A DNA stretch of 64,000 nt from the NCBI RefSeq assembly GCF_009914755.1, contig NC_060933.1; one strand, written 5' to 3'. The DNA is from the human T2T-CHM13v2.0 reference genome, Homo sapiens. The notes under the pieces are model-generated. The model was not told the origin of the DNA, searched no databases, and saw only the letters and a program-made list of their open reading frames with translations. Made by a program: the position numbers and the translations under genes. The stretch's first letter is position 1, and each line of letters opens with the position of its first letter. This document shows positions 62,292 to 64,000 of this stretch, in pieces.

Positions 62292-62850
62292 CTGGGCAGA
62301 AAAGAGTTAACATAGCAGGCCTGAGACTGTTATCTTTAGAAAGGTCTGATTTGAAGGTTGGTCCTTGGCTGGTATCTGAGAGCTTGGATTCTGGACAGTT
62401 CCCACCATCCCCTCAATGATAAGAGCAGCTCACTGTGCCTGAACTGGTTGTGCAAACAACGTGGTTTATGCTGAACACTGCCTTCCTTCTGGGAGTCTGG
62501 AATTTTGTTACATAGTAGGCAGACGGTGTCGACATATCCATCCTCCGACTAAAAACCCTGGGCGTGTCATCTCTAATGTGCTTCCCTAGGCAGCATTTCA
62601 CACATGTGGTCGCTACTCATTGCTGGGGGACTTAAGCGTGTCCTGTGCTCCTCCGCTGTGATAGGGCTATCAGAAGCTGCCACCTGGTTTCCCCTGGACT
62701 TTGCCTCCCCACGTGCCTTTTCCTTTGCTGATATTGCTGTGTATTCTTTCAGTGTAATAAGTCATAGCTGCGAGTATGACTGTGTGCTGAGCCCTGAGAG
62801 TCCTAGTGAATCATTGAACTTGGGGGTTGTCTTGGAGACTCTCAATGCTG
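62292..62850 (+). mobile_element. ERVL-class solo LTR (MER68-like)
   Basis: tgggcagaaaagagttaacatagcaggcctgagactg... start, aataa signal, ending ...gagtcctagtgaatcattgaacttgggggttgtcttgg; about 560 bp. Confidence 0.75.
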
Positions 62851-62999
62851 CATCCCATTGCTGTCTGGTGTAGAGAACTGACCAACCACCTTGTCTCTGG
62901 GAGCATTCCTGCATACAATCACCAGACACCTACTGCCAGGGCTCCACAGTGAGTCCCCATATTAAGTGTTACTCCAGCTTAAGTTTCTGGGATTTAAAC

Positions 63000-63440
63000 C
63001 CATCGCTGCCCCACAGAGCCCTCAGGTTAAACTCCAAATTCTTAGCAGGCAGGGTGCAGCCCCCTCTACCTTACCTCTTCTGATATTTCTCAAACCATCC
63101 TGCCCTGCTCAGTCTTTCCCCTCACATCACACTGGCTCATGCTGCCGGGTCTGACACGCGCTGTTTCCTCCACCCAAAATGCCATTCCTTGTTCTTCACA
63201 ACTTCTCATGCATCCTCTGAAATCCAAACTTGTGAGCCACTTCCTCTGAGAAGCCCACTGAGACCTTGCAGGGAGGTCATGACTACTTCCTCCTCATGAC
63301 TTCTGCCTTCAAGCATGTTTCTGCTCTGCTGGTCACACAGAGATGACATCTATCTGATTACCTGTCTGCCTCTCCCACTAGATGAAGCTACTGGGAGGCA
63401 GGGCCTGCTTTGCCCACCTTTAAATCTCTGGAGCCAAGAG
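63000..63440 (+). mobile_element. L2 fragment
   Basis: aaactccaaattcttagc...cacttcctctgagaagcc...cccactagatgaagctactgggaggcaggg. Confidence 0.55.
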
Positions 63441-64000
63441 GAGACAATCAGACTGGATGGGCCAGTTTAGGAGGTCATGAACTCTTTGTCACCACAGATG
63501 TGCAAGTTGAGCCTGAGCAAGCAAATTAAAGGAAGACCACAGAGAGAACTGGAGCATTTGATAGCAAAAGAGGCTGAGTTCATGGCCTCAGCTGCCCCTT
63601 CCACATGCTGTCTGACAGGTAGTGAGCTCCCCATCACTCCACATATTCAAGCAAAGCTTGGAAGACTCCCCCCCTTCTCCCCCTCCATCAGAATGCTCCA
63701 GGGGCATTTCCTGCACTGAGGGAGGTTTCATTTAATGACATCCCAGGTGCCTCCCTTCTATGTGGCTCTATGATGCCAAGTAAACGAGAAGGTTTCATCT
63801 GAAGGGTTCTAATGATTCTGTTTTCCAATATGTTACCACCAATACAAGTCTCTACTGGTTCGTCAACACCAAATAGCTACTTCACTTTTTCTCCTAAAGT
63901 CTTACGTGTGTTTATTTTTCTGATTTAACATCTTTCTTTTTCTCCCCTTAGCCATCAGGTACTCAGCCCCCTCTGCGAACTGCCTTGAACATAATCCATC

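Noticed and set aside
62515-62552. Sequence loosely resembling the next GABBR2 exon (...DISI...)
   Set aside because: Wrong strand and wrong position, and it lies inside the MER68-like LTR; chance similarity

Overview
Primate (human-like) genomic DNA from the interior of GABBR2 (GABA-B receptor subunit 2; chr9q22 in human), transcribed on the minus strand. Only two coding exons are supported: 59495-59388 (108 nt, TM3/ICL2, probably exon 12) and 50761-50639 (123 nt, ICL2/TM4/ECL2, probably exon 13). Both have canonical AG/GT sites and are phase 0/0. The rest is intronic: an intron of more than 50 kb downstream of 50639, an 8.6 kb intron between the exons, and part of the upstream intron. It is dominated by Alu, L1, L2, MIR, MaLR/ERVL LTRs and DNA transposon fossils, and most six-frame ORFs are repeat-derived or spurious. 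The most striking structure is a roughly 12 kb four-level nested transposon stack (old L1M > complete Tigger1 with both TIRs > L1MA-type element > THE1 LTR and Alu). Smaller signals are a short duplicated (probably templated) insertion inside a MER58 element, a young L1PA2-like insertion with a hairpin at its 5' junction, a strong CTCF-like motif, and inverted Alus bracketing two in-frame, stop-free exons (circRNA hypothesis). I found no convincing previously undescribed protein-coding system. Exon numbers and repeat subfamily names come from recall of consensus sequences, not from a database search.
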